Assembly (NCBI GenBank): GCA_964658305.1
Contig: OZ210885.1
Location: 4,898,001-4,962,000 of the forward strand
Source of the DNA: Leptogorgia sarmentosa
Taxonomy: Eukaryota
Reading direction: 5' to 3'
Length of the DNA stretch: 64,000 nucleotides
The position numbers and the translations under genes were made by a program. Below are positions 62,700 through 64,000 of this stretch, one piece after another. How positions within the stretch are numbered: the stretch's first letter is position 1; every line of letters begins with the position of its first letter. Under the pieces are notes generated by a model, which was given only the letters and a program-made list of their open reading frames with translations, made no database searches and was not told the origin of the DNA.

Positions 62700-63450
62700 C
62701 CCCAATGTAAATGTCTTCACTCCCAGCTTACTCCATTGCCAAGAACTGACAGATCTTTTTTGCTGACTTGTTCAGAAGTAATTTTTGCTGTCCTGTACTT
62801 AATAGTTTTAATTGGCAACTGTTGTTCATCGACATCACTACTGTTTCGTTATAATTGACAATTCTATAAAAGCTTTGTATGGCATCATTAAAAGCTGTAT
62901 AACATGATAGTTTACCTTCAACATTTATCACTCGTTCGCATACTAACTTTGTTTTGATTGAACTTGCTAATATAGTTATTTTGCAATGTGGGCATTTAAC
63001 TGTTGTTTTTTCCCACCAATTTCTGCCTTCTCAAGGACAGTATTGCATGAAATGCAACAATCGCTCCTCTTGATATCCACACCAGTGCATACTCCTGTTA
63101 TCAAATTACTTTTCAGTTCAAGTCATCGAGATTTTGAACTTTACAATTTTCTATATGCTAACTTTTACCTGTTTTGATTTTATCAATTGCATTTTCCCAC
63201 AAGTTTAATGCAATGGTGTTGCATCAGCTACAAATGCATCAACCTTGTATTTTGTCTGATTTCCATGAATGATTGTTTGCTTCTCTTCCTTGATCACGAC
63301 TTTTACCTTTATATCAACAGTTTCGTAAAGATCTGCTGCTAAAACTTGATTTACTGTAGGAAGCCTTTCACTCATCTCACTATTGAAGCCAAAAACCACC
63401 TTTGTTGGAATAACTTTTGACTTTTTCAATATATTGCATTGGTCAACATG
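62700..63450 (-). pseudogene. Second RPA-like OB-fold/Zn-ribbon protein fragment
   Basis: ETVDIKVKVV...KVDAFVADAT, ITGVCTGVDIKR..CC.SC, YTAFNDAI. Frameshifted. Confidence 0.55.
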
Positions 63451-64000
63451 GGCAAATTTTCACCAATTTTACCTTGATTACTAAATGCTTTAGTACACTA
63501 AAACAGGCAATAAGCTGTGCTTTTGATAAGCAGTTTATTTTCAATATTTACAAATATATTTAGAGTGTATTTCTATTTACAAATTTCAACACTATATAGT
63601 ATATATACGATAAAGTTTTGGTTAACAAAATGCCAAAAGAGTGCTTGATACTTTATAGATAGAGCAAATAGTATAGTTTTGTCTCAAAAAGGTGGCACTA
63701 CAGCCTGTTTCATTTCACATTTTGATAGGACAATGGCATAATTCATATGCGCATAATTATTCTATACCTTTATCGAGAATGTCCAAAATATCTTTATCGA
63801 AGAGTGCTCTTCGTAATTAGCACACACCCCTTCACCTTCAAGCCGTCCAAACCAAAAAAAAATTTCTGCTTACCAGCACGTTTTCCTGGTTAATTTAAGC
63901 AAACTTTAGGAAACAAATTGAAATTGGAACTCGTATAGATAATTCCCATATCGCTTGAAATAATTCTTGATGGTTACAACGCAACCGAGTCCGCGTTTTT

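Overview
This is AT-rich eukaryotic DNA with spliceosomal introns. The transposon repertoire suggests a marine invertebrate, most plausibly an anthozoan cnidarian (inference). It is almost entirely nested transposable elements. From left to right: a Harbinger end, LINE, Gypsy and DIRS remnants; an EnSpm/CMC-type element hosting a TSD-bounded 12.1-kb Mutator-like element (OTU + GCM-like + DDE + SWIM + PARP-type zinc finger), one intron of which holds HERO-like and CRE retrotransposons inside an (AAT)n tract; LINE, Crypton, hAT and Harbinger remnants; and a TA-flanked pogo/Tigger element carrying a divergent HIRAN-like gene that is split by a complete, TSD-bounded AcademH element (transposase + RecQ helicase). 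The standout non-TE feature is an intact, intronless, Bacteroidota-like murB (29366-30373) with no bacterial neighbours, a candidate horizontally acquired peptidoglycan gene. Spliced exons of a mono-ADP-ribosyltransferase (PARP) follow it. The right end has decayed DUF3987-like P-loop and RPA-like OB-fold fragments. I recognised no rRNA, tRNA or CRISPR array. All family assignments come from motif recognition by eye; no database searches were run.
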